DNA of 58,318 bases from Candidatus Omnitrophota bacterium (GTDB taxonomy: Bacteria; Omnitrophota; Gorgyraeia; JABMRN01; RBG-13-46-9), in assembly GCA_013203315.1 (NCBI GenBank), contig JABMQJ010000019.1:1-58318 (forward strand), read 5' to 3'. Both the position numbers and the translations under genes were made by a program. The notes beneath the pieces are model-generated. The model made no database searches. It was not told the origin of the DNA and saw nothing but the letters and a program-made list of their open reading frames with translations. Shown here piece by piece: positions 37,032 to 46,890 of this stretch (position 1 is the first letter of the stretch; each line of letters opens with the position of its first letter).

Positions 37032-38393
37032 TTATTCATTAATCTCATTCACTAAGCCGCTATCTAATAAATATCCAACAATTGCTTCAGCTACCAAACG
37101 ATTTCCTCTCTTATTCCAATGTCGCTCAGGAAAATAATACATGCTTTCTCCAGATAATGCATGTTTTTTTAACACAGGGGTAAGATCTAGAACATGGATG
37201 CCTAAATCCCCACAGGTATTTCTTATAACGTCATTGGGGAGAAAGATATCATATTTCTCCCCTTCACAGTTGTGTGCTTTTTTTATACTACTCCAATATA
37301 TATTATCATAAACCTGATATATGGTAGGCGCTATTATAACGAGGAAACTAGCATCATTTTCACTGGAAAAGTGATAAGTTTTTTCAATAATCGCACTCAT
37401 AAGACGATATGTTTCGGCAATTCTGGCATCGGGTTTTTTCTTAAATAATTTTATTTCTTGAAGTCTTACGATATCAGTTTTATTTTTATTAAGAAACCTA
37501 TCGCGAATAAAACTCAGATGGAAATTGCCAAAAGAAATCAGCGCTTTTCTTTTCGGCTCTTGGTCTACCTTTTTAGATAATGGAACAGAGATATTCTCAA
37601 AGATTATTTCACCATCTTTATCAAATCTAGCTAACGGGCTTTTTTTATAACCCAAATGAGTGTCAAGCATGTCAGTGAAGTCATTGCCGATAAAAATTAC
37701 CATAATTACTATATCGGGTTCATATTTAATCGCTCTATTTTCAAGCATAAGAAATTCCTGCTGTGGCCCAAAACTGTCAACTCCAAAATTAAGAACCTGC
37801 CAGTTGCGGGGCAATAACTTTTCCATGACTTCTGTAAAAACATTCTTTAAATCTACATTTACATTTGAAGTAAAAGAATCTCCTAAAACCACAATGCGTT
37901 TTTTTCCTTCAGGTTTTTTTATACTATATTCCATATCTCTCATACCAGCAGAATTTGTATTTACAATGGTTGATTTTTTATAACGGAGAACACTGCGACA
38001 ACTTATGTTTGGAATAAATTCCCAACCTAATAAACTATTATATCGATAGAGCGGTTTGGGTTCTGCTGTAAGAGGTGGAAAGAGATTAAACGCTCTAAAG
38101 AAAAGTTCTAGCATAAAAAAAGTTAATATTATACTTCCGAATAGTAAACTTAAATTAGATACTATTCTAGCAATGTTTGCAGATTTTCGTTTGTAAAGAC
38201 AAATTGTCCCCGAAGAAATCAATATTATCTGAAAGGAATATATCATTATCCTAGTAATAGGGCTTTCTATTCTTCTGTCAGGAGAAAATAAAAAAGCTAG
38301 TATTTTTACATTAATCGTTAAACCTATAAGTAGAAATAGGATTCCGATTAAAGCCAGCTTAGGAAGAGAAAATACTTTTAATCTTTTCATCAA
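37032..38393 (-). CDS. Membrane-anchored SGNH/GDSL hydrolase (AlgX/AlgJ-like)
   Basis: N-terminal TMs, TNSAGMRD, VLGDSFT, NFGVDSFG, FIGND, ERHWN..G; AT-rich. Confidence 0.85.
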   Translation of the reverse strand: MMKRLKVFSLPKLALIGILFLLIGLTINVKILAFLFSPDRRIESPITRIMIYSFQIILISSGTICLYKRKSANIARIVSNLSLLFGSIILTFFMLELFFRAFNLFPPLTAEPKPLYRYNSLLGWEFIPNISCRSVLRYKKSTIVNTNSAGMRDMEYSIKKPEGKKRIVVLGDSFTSNVNVDLKNVFTEVMEKLLPRNWQVLNFGVDSFGPQQEFLMLENRAIKYEPDIVIMVIFIGNDFTDMLDTHLGYKKSPLARFDKDGEIIFENISVPLSKKVDQEPKRKALISFGNFHLSFIRDRFLNKNKTDIVRLQEIKLFKKKPDARIAETYRLMSAIIEKTYHFSSENDASFLVIIAPTIYQVYDNIYWSSIKKAHNCEGEKYDIFLPNDVIRNTCGDLGIHVLDLTPVLKKHALSGESMYYFPERHWNKRGNRLVAEAIVGYLLDSGLVNEINE

Positions 38394-38826
38394 ATGTGTA
38401 TTATTTTACAATCTTTGGTTAATGATAGTAGTCATATGTGTTTAATCTTTATGATTTTTCAACTATCTTTTTTTGTTTGTTGTATTATTATAACATAAAG
38501 GAAAAGCCCCCGTAACTTATTTTATTACAAGGGGGTAGATTTAAAGCTCCCCCCCCCCTTTTTTTTTATCAGCGAGTTCAGAACTGCTTGTATATCAGAG
38601 GAAGTGGAGAAGTTGTGCAAAGAGATGGCTTCTATCATTCCTTAGGATGTGTTTTAAAAAATTCCCACATAAGGTCGGTGGCGGAAAATCAGGGATTCGC
38701 TATCAGTCTATGGGATTTGTTATAACACTTTATTATGTTACTGTAAACTTAGAAATGGCTGAACAGCGTTTAAGTGGGTATACAGGGGGCTTTCCAAAAA
38801 GTTGTAATGGCAAGGATCAGAATCTG

Positions 38827-38890
38827 GTGTCCAATAGTGTCCAGTCTACAACCGAATAGACCCTAATTAACCCTAATTGAGCCTAATTGA
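38827..38890. repeat. 10-bp-phased short direct repeats
   Basis: GTGTCCA x2 (38827, 38837); CCCTAATTAA-CCCTAATTGA-GCCTAATTGA (38861-38890). Confidence 0.75.
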
Positions 38891-38898
38891 AAATTGTC

Positions 38899-38963
38899 GT
38901 AAGTCTTTATGGAATAACGTAATAGGTTGGTTTTGTTGAAGTTACGGAAAGTGGCTTCATGGG
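38899..38963. repeat. Islet end motif, copy B
   Basis: Aligns with 36967-37030 and abuts the duplicated tRNA 5' half. Confidence 0.8.
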
Positions 38964-39004
38964 TTTAGGAAACCTGTGCTCTATCCAGCTCAAGCTACAG
39001 GGAC
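38962..39004 (-). pseudogene. Truncated 5' half of tRNA-Arg(CCT) (att site)
   Basis: GTCCCTGTAGCTTGAGCTGGATAGAGCACAGGTTTCCTAAACC; ends in the anticodon stem, small change in the D stem. Confidence 0.88.
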
Positions 39005-39061
39005 ACAAGTTTTTCGTGACAATTATATCACATTTTTTTAGCACTGTGTCAAAAGATTTTC

Positions 39062-40579
39062 TCACATCGGCGCATTATCTGCCGGTCCTTTGTGTTTACG
39101 TTTATATATATGCACTTTATCTATAACCTTGTCTAATTGGTAATTTTCTTCAAGATGGCTATTGAAATAAATGTCGATTTCTTTAGATAGAATTGTTTCC
39201 CTTTTCCTTAGAATTATATAGGAAGGCTTAAGGGATAATATTTTTTTAACCTCTTCGTAAGCGTTAATGCCCAGCTTTTTTTCATGTGATTGCGCATGCA
39301 TTAATACTAGTGGAAAAGAATACTTGGTAGGGATTTTGGCTTTTGTCAGAAAATATATTATAGGTTCATAATTAGGGACATAGATATATTCGGAGCTACT
39401 AAGGTTCGGGCGTACATAGTCGCTTATTCGGGCGGGGGTATCATTTAATCTGAACTTATCTTGAGATAAAATTATTTTTCCAAAATATCTTATATTATCT
39501 TGCACGACAAAAGCCATCTCGACGCTTATGAGTATGATGATAGAGGCCACTAATATTTTATTCACCTTGGAGTAAATAATTTTTCCGATAAAAATCCCGC
39601 CCAAAAGACATATGGCGGGCAATTCCTGGATAAATAGGTGCGTGAAAAATCTACCATGCAGCACTATGCCTAACAAAACGGAGATCGACCATAATATAAG
39701 AAAACCTATTTTCTTATCTTTGCCGTAAAACCCCGATAAATATGCGAATATAGAAAGCACGGCCAATAAACATATCCCCCAAATTACAATAGCAGCGTGA
39801 TATAAAAAATCACTTAGCCTATTCATAATTAAACCAGGGGCGAAAGACTGCGCGATATACTGGAATGACTTGCTAAAATATACGACCATGAATTTATCCA
39901 TAAGGCCATTGTAGTAAAAATAAGCCATGAAAATAAAAAGAGGCGTTAAAAATCCGAGGCAAAATATTGATGCGTTTTTCATGCTTTGTGATAACCCATT
40001 TTCATTTCTTTTCATTATAAGAATAAATAATAATAGCGGCAAGAAATGAAATATACTTATTATATTTATATTAAACGCAAGGCCTAAGGATATTCCCGCG
40101 ATAAAAAAGTAAACGGGTTTCGATTTTAAAAAAAGGATTATATAGGCGCCTATTAGAACCGGCAGGAGAAAAAATATTTCAGAATTCGATGCCAGGGCCG
40201 CAAGATTAGCGCAAGAAGTTGCTACGACAAAAAATATCGAAGCAAAAACACCGCTTGTTTTATTAAGCAATTTTTTGCCGATAAAAAATATAAGTAGCGC
40301 GCTAAACCAGATCCAGACACATGTAAATAGTCTTAACCCCAACATTGAATGGCCCGTTACTTTTATGATGAATGCAAATATGAGATATAATAATGGGCCT
40401 TTGTAATCCCAGAAATCCTTGTATAGGATTCCCCCATGTAAAATATTGTCCCCGCCCAATAAATACATGCTTTCATCCCAATCTATTACGGATTTATCGT
40501 AAGAGGGAGATCGTAGGATAAGTATAAGAAGAAGTAGAAGGAGGGCGTATCCGATTAGACTCGTTTTGCGGCTTATCAT
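39062..40579 (-). CDS. ArnT/GT39-like membrane glycosyltransferase
   Basis: DWDESMY, YKDFWDYKGP, many TMs, soluble C-terminal domain. Confidence 0.82.
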   Translation of the reverse strand: MISRKTSLIGYALLLLLLILILRSPSYDKSVIDWDESMYLLGGDNILHGGILYKDFWDYKGPLLYLIFAFIIKVTGHSMLGLRLFTCVWIWFSALLIFFIGKKLLNKTSGVFASIFFVVATSCANLAALASNSEIFFLLPVLIGAYIILFLKSKPVYFFIAGISLGLAFNINIISIFHFLPLLLFILIMKRNENGLSQSMKNASIFCLGFLTPLFIFMAYFYYNGLMDKFMVVYFSKSFQYIAQSFAPGLIMNRLSDFLYHAAIVIWGICLLAVLSIFAYLSGFYGKDKKIGFLILWSISVLLGIVLHGRFFTHLFIQELPAICLLGGIFIGKIIYSKVNKILVASIIILISVEMAFVVQDNIRYFGKIILSQDKFRLNDTPARISDYVRPNLSSSEYIYVPNYEPIIYFLTKAKIPTKYSFPLVLMHAQSHEKKLGINAYEEVKKILSLKPSYIILRKRETILSKEIDIYFNSHLEENYQLDKVIDKVHIYKRKHKGPADNAPM

Positions 40580-40588
40580 GCCATTTTT

Positions 40589-41116
40589 CTATTCCTTATC
40601 GTATTTTATTAGAGAAAAAACCGGGATGTTTTTAATTTTATCGCGGCCTTTTAAAAACTCGAGCTCGATTACAAACGCGGCTTCCACCGGTTCGCCGCCC
40701 AATTTCTCGACTAAATCGATCGCAGCACATGTCGTTCCGCCCGTAGCTAAAAGGTCATCCAGAATAAGAATCTTTTTTCCTTTTTCGAATGCATCTTTAT
40801 GAATCTCTAGCGTATCCTGTCCGTATTCAAGATTATAAGTCGCGCTGTGTGTGTCATAAGGCAACTTGCCTTTTTTCCTGACAGGCACAAGCCCTGCACC
40901 CAACGTGTACGCGAGGGCGGAGCCAAAAATGAATCCGCGCGACTCAACGCTCACGATGTAGTCGATGTGTTTTTGTTTATACCTTTTCGTGAATTCATCA
41001 ATAACATGTTTAAATTTATCGCCGTTGCCGATAAGGGTAGTGATATCCCTGAAAACGATTCCCCTCTTAGGAAAATCAGGGACATTGCGAATGAATTCTT
41101 TTAAATCTTTCGCCAT
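40589..41116 (-). CDS. apt: Adenine phosphoribosyltransferase
   Basis: PDFPKRGIVFRDIT, ESRGF, RKKGKLP, LEYG, LDDLLATGGT. Confidence 0.97.
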   Translation of the reverse strand: MAKDLKEFIRNVPDFPKRGIVFRDITTLIGNGDKFKHVIDEFTKRYKQKHIDYIVSVESRGFIFGSALAYTLGAGLVPVRKKGKLPYDTHSATYNLEYGQDTLEIHKDAFEKGKKILILDDLLATGGTTCAAIDLVEKLGGEPVEAAFVIELEFLKGRDKIKNIPVFSLIKYDKE

Positions 41117-42018
41117 GTGATCCCCATTCCTTTCTTTTTTATCCCCCTATGTTCCATTCTTTCTTTAGCCATTTTTCTTTCCTGTTCTTCGCCGAGGTCT
41201 TTATTGGCCTCTTCTTCCTGAATCATGTACTCACGTAGTTTTCTCATGGCTACGCTTTCGATCTGGCGCACCCTTTCTCTTGTTATACCAAAATGTTCCG
41301 CAGTCTCGCGGAGCGTGTGTTTTATACCGTCTTTTAAGCCAAAACGTAAACTCAATATTTTTCTTTCGCGGTCCGACATCTTGTGCAGGAGGTCTTTTAT
41401 TCTTTCGTGAAGTAGAAAATTACTGAGCTCCCCGACTTCTTTTGCCACCTTCTCGTCTTCTATCAAGTCCATAAATTCCGTCGAACCTGTTGCGTCAACG
41501 GGGGCATTTAAGCTTGAGACGGTGTTGGCCATCTTGTTAAGATGTTTTACGCGGGCTATGGGCATCTTCATTTTTTTTGCGACCTCGTTAAGGCGCGGTT
41601 TTCTTTTAAATCTGTGCGAAAGCTGGCCCGTAACCTTTTTAAATCTCATGAGAAGCTCTATAACATAAACGGGTATCCTGACGGTTTTACCCTGATTTGC
41701 TATAGCCCTTGTGATGTACTGCTTTATCCACCATGCCGCGTAAGTGGAAAATCTATAACCCTTTTTATAGTTATATTTTTCCACCGCTTTCATGAGCCCC
41801 AGATTTCCTTCTTCTATAAGGTCAAGCATCGGAACCCCGAGGTAACTATACTTTTTGGCAATATTGATGACAAGCCTAAGATTAGACTGAATCATTTTTT
41901 GCCTGGCATGTTCGTCGCCTTTTTCTATTTTTTTGGCAAGCGATACCTCCTCCTCCGCAGTGAGAAGAGAAAGATGCTTTATATCCTTTAGGTAAAGACG
42001 TATATTATCCATAGGCAC
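41101..42018 (-). CDS. Sigma70-family group 2 sigma factor (no region 1.1)
   Basis: YLKDI...LLTAEEE, NLRLV, DLIEEGNLGL, FSTYAAWWI, TRERVRQIE. Confidence 0.92.
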   Translation of the reverse strand: MPMDNIRLYLKDIKHLSLLTAEEEVSLAKKIEKGDEHARQKMIQSNLRLVINIAKKYSYLGVPMLDLIEEGNLGLMKAVEKYNYKKGYRFSTYAAWWIKQYITRAIANQGKTVRIPVYVIELLMRFKKVTGQLSHRFKRKPRLNEVAKKMKMPIARVKHLNKMANTVSSLNAPVDATGSTEFMDLIEDEKVAKEVGELSNFLLHERIKDLLHKMSDRERKILSLRFGLKDGIKHTLRETAEHFGITRERVRQIESVAMRKLREYMIQEEEANKDLGEEQERKMAKERMEHRGIKKKGMGITWRKI

Positions 42019-42028
42019 CCTTATTTTG

Positions 42029-44791
42029 TTATTTTTTTGTTTTCTTAGACTTCACTACTGCCTGTGCCGCTGCCAATCGCGCGATTGGCACCCTGAAAGG
42101 CGAACAGCTTACATAATTGAGTCCCAGCCTGTCACAGAATTCTACGGATTTTGATTCTCCGCCGTGCTCGCCGCATATTCCTATTTTTAGGTCTTTTCGG
42201 ACTCCGCGTCCTTTTTTCGTGGCAATTTCCATAAGTTGGCCGACACCACGCTGGTCCACTGTCTGGAACGGATCGTCCTTCAATATGTCTTTTTCGTAAT
42301 AGTAGTAGAGGAATTTTCCGGCGTCGTCACGCGAAAGCCCGTAGGTTGTCTGCGTAAGGTCGTTGGTTCCGAAGGAAAAGAATTCCGCCACTTCCGCTAT
42401 CTCGTCTGCGGTTAACGCAGCGCGTGGAAGCTCGATCATCGTGCCAACGGAATATTTTACCTTTTCGCTGTATTCGTCCATAACCTTTTTGGCGGCGGCG
42501 CGGACAACGCCCGCCTGTTGTTTGAGTTCGTTTACATGCCCCACAAGGGGTATCATGATCTCCGGCTTTACTTCAATGCCGGATTTTTGAACTTCACACG
42601 CTGCCTGGAAAATTGCCGTTACCTGCATATAGGTAATTTCAGGGTAAAGGATTCCGAGCCTGCAACCCCGTAAGCCCAGCATGGGATTCACTTCCTTGAG
42701 ATACTCGATCTTTGCTTTAATCTTTTCCACGCTGACATTCATGAACTCCGCCATTTTCTTTATTTCTTCGTCCTGGTGAGGTAAGAATTCGTGTAACGGC
42801 GGATCAAGCGTCCTTATGGTGACCGGATGGCCCTTCATGACTTTGAAGATTTCGGTAAAATCTTTTTTCTGGATCGGCAAAAGTTTCGTTAACGCTTCTT
42901 TTCTGCCTGCCTCGTCGTCGGCCAAGATCATTTCCCTCATCGCCTCGATCTTGCCTTCCCCGAAAAACATGTGCTCTGTCCTGCAAAGCCCTATGCCCTC
43001 GGCTCCGAATGCAAGCGCCGTCAGGGCCTGATCACCCTGGTCTGCGTTTGTGCGTATCTTGAGCCTTCGCCTCTTGTCGGCCCACTTCATAATTTTGTCG
43101 AAGAGTTTGTACATTTCTGACTGTCCGGGTTCCAGCGTTTTTTCGATAAGAACCTGCAAAATTTCCGAAGGATTGGTTTTTATCTGACCCGAAATAACTT
43201 CTCCGGTTGCCCCGTCAATCGAGATAAAATCGCCTTCCTTTATAACAGCGTCCTTTACCTTCATTTCTCTTGTAGTGTAATTTATCTCAAGCGCACCGCA
43301 GCCGGCTACGCAAACCTTGCCCATCTGCCTGGCAACAAGCGCAGCGTGTGAGGTCATACCTCCGCGCGCTGTTAGAATACCAACGGCCGCGTTCATGCCG
43401 GTAATGTCTTCCGGGCTTGTCTCTATGCGGACAAGGATTACTTTTTCTCCTCTTTTAGCCCACTCTTCGGCGTCAACTGCGTTAAAAACAACCTTACCAC
43501 AGGCTGCGCCCGGCCCTGCGTTAAGCCCTTTAGCCAGGAGCTTGCCGGTCTTTATGATGTTTCTTTTCTCATCCAAGTCGAATATCGGCCTTAAAAGCTG
43601 ATTTAGCTGTTCGGGTTCTATTCTTTGTAAGGCTTCTTCTTCCGAAATTAATTTTTCATCTACCATGTCCACTGCGATTTTTATGGCGGCGAGGCCTGTT
43701 CTTTTCCCTGCCCTTGTCTGCAGCATCCATAATTTACCTTTTTGGATGGTAAATTCCATGTCCTGCATTTCTCTGTAATGCTTTTCCAGCTCTTTATGAA
43801 TCTTAAAAAGCTGGTCGTATGGTTTTTTGAGCTGTTTTTCGAGTTGTATAATCGGCTGGGGGGTACGCGTACCTGCTACAACGTCTTCACCCTGCGCATC
43901 CAGGAGATATTCACCGTAGAACTTTTTCTCACCTGTCGCCGGATCGCGCGTAAAAGCGACCCCGGTTCCTGAATCTTCGCCCATGTTGCCGAAAACCATC
44001 GATTGAACGTTAACAGCCGTTCCCCAGATCTCGGGTATCTTGTTTATCCTCCTGTATGCAATCGCCCTTTCATTATTCCATGATTCAAAAACCGAACCGA
44101 TTGCAGCCCAGAGTTGTTCATACGGATCTTCGGGGAATATTTTTCCGGTTTTATTTTTTATTTCTTCTTTGTATAATTTAACTAATCTTTTCAGGTCTTC
44201 GGTTTCGAGTTCCAGGTCGAGTTTGATTCCCTTTTCACTTTTCACCTTGTCCATTATTACTTCGAATGGATCATGCTCGTCTTTACCCTTTGGTTTAAGC
44301 CCCAGGACAACGTCGCCGAACATCTGCACGAATCTTCTGTATGCATCGTATACAAAGCGTTCGTTCTTGGTTTGCTCAGTCAGGCCTTTTACCGTGACAT
44401 CATTCAAGCCCAGATTGAGAACTGTATCCATCATTCCCGGCATGGAGACGCGTGCGCCGGATCGAATAGAAACCAGAAGCGGGTTTTCCTTATCGCCGAA
44501 TCCTGCACCCATTGCCTTTTCTACTTTTTTGAGCGCATCTAACACGTCCTGCTTCAACTGGGAGGGATATTTTTTGTTATTATCATAATAATAGGTACAG
44601 ACGTCCGTTGAAATCGTAAATCCCGCAGGAACGGGCATTCCGAGATTGGTCATCTCCGCTAAGTTTGCGCCTTTTCCTCCGAGAAGATTTTTCATTGCCG
44701 ATTTGCCGTCAGCTTTTCCGTCTCCGAAAAAATATACGAACTTTTCTTTGCTTGCCTTAGTTTTCTTGCCTGCCTTTGCCGTCATCGCCAT
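42029..44791 (-). CDS. ppdK: Pyruvate, phosphate dikinase
   Basis: [50 protein letters not shown]. Confidence 0.98.
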   Translation of the reverse strand: MAMTAKAGKKTKASKEKFVYFFGDGKADGKSAMKNLLGGKGANLAEMTNLGMPVPAGFTISTDVCTYYYDNNKKYPSQLKQDVLDALKKVEKAMGAGFGDKENPLLVSIRSGARVSMPGMMDTVLNLGLNDVTVKGLTEQTKNERFVYDAYRRFVQMFGDVVLGLKPKGKDEHDPFEVIMDKVKSEKGIKLDLELETEDLKRLVKLYKEEIKNKTGKIFPEDPYEQLWAAIGSVFESWNNERAIAYRRINKIPEIWGTAVNVQSMVFGNMGEDSGTGVAFTRDPATGEKKFYGEYLLDAQGEDVVAGTRTPQPIIQLEKQLKKPYDQLFKIHKELEKHYREMQDMEFTIQKGKLWMLQTRAGKRTGLAAIKIAVDMVDEKLISEEEALQRIEPEQLNQLLRPIFDLDEKRNIIKTGKLLAKGLNAGPGAACGKVVFNAVDAEEWAKRGEKVILVRIETSPEDITGMNAAVGILTARGGMTSHAALVARQMGKVCVAGCGALEINYTTREMKVKDAVIKEGDFISIDGATGEVISGQIKTNPSEILQVLIEKTLEPGQSEMYKLFDKIMKWADKRRRLKIRTNADQGDQALTALAFGAEGIGLCRTEHMFFGEGKIEAMREMILADDEAGRKEALTKLLPIQKKDFTEIFKVMKGHPVTIRTLDPPLHEFLPHQDEEIKKMAEFMNVSVEKIKAKIEYLKEVNPMLGLRGCRLGILYPEITYMQVTAIFQAACEVQKSGIEVKPEIMIPLVGHVNELKQQAGVVRAAAKKVMDEYSEKVKYSVGTMIELPRAALTADEIAEVAEFFSFGTNDLTQTTYGLSRDDAGKFLYYYYEKDILKDDPFQTVDQRGVGQLMEIATKKGRGVRKDLKIGICGEHGGESKSVEFCDRLGLNYVSCSPFRVPIARLAAAQAVVKSKKTKK

Positions 44792-44809
44792 TGTTCCTTT
44801 CTCCTTTTC

Positions 44810-46120
44810 TTACTTTACTTTTTCATCTACATATTTTTTTAACATGTCCACACTGATTCTTTCCTGTTTCATCGTATCCCTGTCACGCACCGTTACTTTC
44901 TTATCTTCCAGGGAATCTACGTCTACTGTAATGCAGTACAATGTCCCTATTTCATCCTGCCTTCTGTAGAGCCGGCCTATGGATGCGGTATCGTCATACT
45001 GAACCTTGTAGTCTCCCCTTAAATCTTTGTAAATATCTTTCGCCAATTTCACGAGCTCGGGCCTATTCCTTAATAAAGGAAGCACCGCAGCCTTTATTGG
45101 CGCAAGATATTTATGAAAATTCAAAACTACCCTTTTGTCGTTGCGTACTTTTTCTTCCTTGTACGCGTCCAGTAAAAACGCGAGTACCGCCCTGTCAACG
45201 CCGCCGGAGGGCTCTATGACGTGCGGGGTAATTTCCTCATTCTTGACTTCATCAAAATATGTAAGGGACTTGCCGCTTACTTTTGAATGCTGCTTAAGAT
45301 CAAAATCGGTCCTGTGCGCTATGCCTTCGAGTTCTGACCATCCCATCGGAAATAGAAATTCTATATCGTAACAGGCTTTTGCATAATGCGCAAGTTCATT
45401 CTTGGCGTGTTCGCGAAGTTTTATATTTTTTTCGTTTATGCCGTACTTTTTGTACCAGTTAAATCTTTCATTAACCCAGTATTCAAAACACTTGTCGCTT
45501 TCCTCCGGGCGCGTAAAATATTCCAGCTCCATCTGTTCGAATTCTCTGGAGCGAAACGTAAAGTTACCCGTAGTAATTTCGTTTCTAAAAGCCTTACCTA
45601 TCTGCGCGATTCCGAAGGGAAGCTTCTTTCGTGAACTTACTAAAACATTTTTAAAATTAACGAATATTCCCTGAGCCGTTTCCGGCCTTAAGAAGGCTTC
45701 GCTTGATTCTGATTCCAGGGACCCGATAAAAGTTTTAAACATTAAATTGAACGGACGCGGCCCGGTAAACTCACCCTCGCATTCGGGGCACGACTTCGTC
45801 TTTAAAAGGTCGTAACGGAATCTTTTCTTACATGATTTGCAGTCTACCAGTAAATCTTTGAAATTCGTGACGTGACCCGAGGCCTTCCAGACATCCGGAT
45901 GCATGAGTATGCCGGCATCCAGGCCTTCTACGTCGTCTCTTTGGTATACAACGCTTTTCCACCACAAATTCTTTACGTTATTTTTAAGCTCGACTCCGAG
46001 AGGGCCGTAATCCCAGACACTACCCAATCCACCGTATATTTCGCTACTCTGATATACAAACCCGCGCCTTTTACATAAAGACGATATCTTGCTTAAATCT
46101 GTCATTTTCTCTTCTTGCAT
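44810..46120 (-). CDS. glyQS: Glycine--tRNA ligase (homodimeric)
   Basis: SSEIYGG, LRPETAQG, FRNEI, REFEQME, ELEGIA, IEPSGG. Confidence 0.96.
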   Translation of the reverse strand: MQEEKMTDLSKISSLCKRRGFVYQSSEIYGGLGSVWDYGPLGVELKNNVKNLWWKSVVYQRDDVEGLDAGILMHPDVWKASGHVTNFKDLLVDCKSCKKRFRYDLLKTKSCPECEGEFTGPRPFNLMFKTFIGSLESESSEAFLRPETAQGIFVNFKNVLVSSRKKLPFGIAQIGKAFRNEITTGNFTFRSREFEQMELEYFTRPEESDKCFEYWVNERFNWYKKYGINEKNIKLREHAKNELAHYAKACYDIEFLFPMGWSELEGIAHRTDFDLKQHSKVSGKSLTYFDEVKNEEITPHVIEPSGGVDRAVLAFLLDAYKEEKVRNDKRVVLNFHKYLAPIKAAVLPLLRNRPELVKLAKDIYKDLRGDYKVQYDDTASIGRLYRRQDEIGTLYCITVDVDSLEDKKVTVRDRDTMKQERISVDMLKKYVDEKVK

Positions 46121-46122
46121 CG

Positions 46123-46875
46123 TTATAACCCAACCTTTCCGATAAAGTCCATGCTCCTGGGCCTTATATCCAGATGGTAGTTAATGAAGTTTTTTAAAAG
46201 CCCTTCAACTTCACTACCTACCCTTTTGGCAACTTTTATGTTTTTTACTTTGTCAAACGGTAAATCTTTTATGTGCATAATAAAATTAATCGTGCCCGCC
46301 AGAATCGGCACCGCGCGCCTGTCTTTCGCAAAGCACGCCTCGCATAAAACCCCACCCCGTGAAAGGCTGAAACGCGCTCTTTTCTTTTCAATGCTCTTGT
46401 CGCAATTAACGCAAGAAGCCAGTCTCGGTGTAAAACCTAAAATCGACAATAATTTTATTTCAAAAATCCTGGCTACCCTTTTCGGGCTTGCCTTGGTCGA
46501 AAGAAGCTCCATGCAATCTTTTAAAAGTTCATAAAGTGCCAGGTTTCTTTCGCCAATACCGGTTACCCTGTCCAAAAGCTCTATAAGGTATGTCGCGTAA
46601 GAAATTCTTTCAAGCGACTCCCTTACCTTCGGAAAGAAATTTAAAAGCTCGCATTGCGAAAGAAAAAAAATGTTTTTCTTTCTCTTTTCGTAAAACACAA
46701 TTTCGTCAAGCACAAATAGCTCGTACGAACTTAAAGACCTCTGTTCCGGACTTCTCGCGCCTTTAGTAATAAGCTTAAGCTTTCCGAAATCCCGCGTATA
46801 TATCGTAAGAATCAGGCTTGTTTCTCTTAAGTCTTCGCGCCTGAGTACAAAACCTTGTGTTTTCTGAACTGCCAT
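46123..46875 (-). CDS. recO: DNA repair protein RecO
   Basis: OB-fold N-terminus, FEIKLL...GF.P, CVNC...CEAC Zn site; adjacent to glyQS. Confidence 0.92.
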   Translation of the reverse strand: MAVQKTQGFVLRREDLRETSLILTIYTRDFGKLKLITKGARSPEQRSLSSYELFVLDEIVFYEKRKKNIFFLSQCELLNFFPKVRESLERISYATYLIELLDRVTGIGERNLALYELLKDCMELLSTKASPKRVARIFEIKLLSILGFTPRLASCVNCDKSIEKKRARFSLSRGGVLCEACFAKDRRAVPILAGTINFIMHIKDLPFDKVKNIKVAKRVGSEVEGLLKNFINYHLDIRPRSMDFIGKVGL

Positions 46876-46890
46876 TTCATTTCCGGTATT

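Larger units (their letters stand above)
36401..39030. mobile_element. Degenerate genomic islet integrated at tRNA-Arg(CCT)
   Basis: 68/69-bp direct repeats 36401-36468 and 38962-39030; AT-rich cargo, gene remnants, no integrase. Confidence 0.8.

Noticed and set aside
38549-38567. C10-T9 homopolymer as a phase-variation tract
   Set aside because: Intergenic and not within an evident promoter spacer or CDS; cannot be assessed without reads.
38647-38859. 70-aa plus-strand ORF as an integrase remnant
   Set aside because: No R-H-R-H/W-Y tyrosine recombinase motifs are recognisable.
38861-38890. CRISPR-like repeats
   Set aside because: 10-bp tandem units without spacers; no cas genes in the window.
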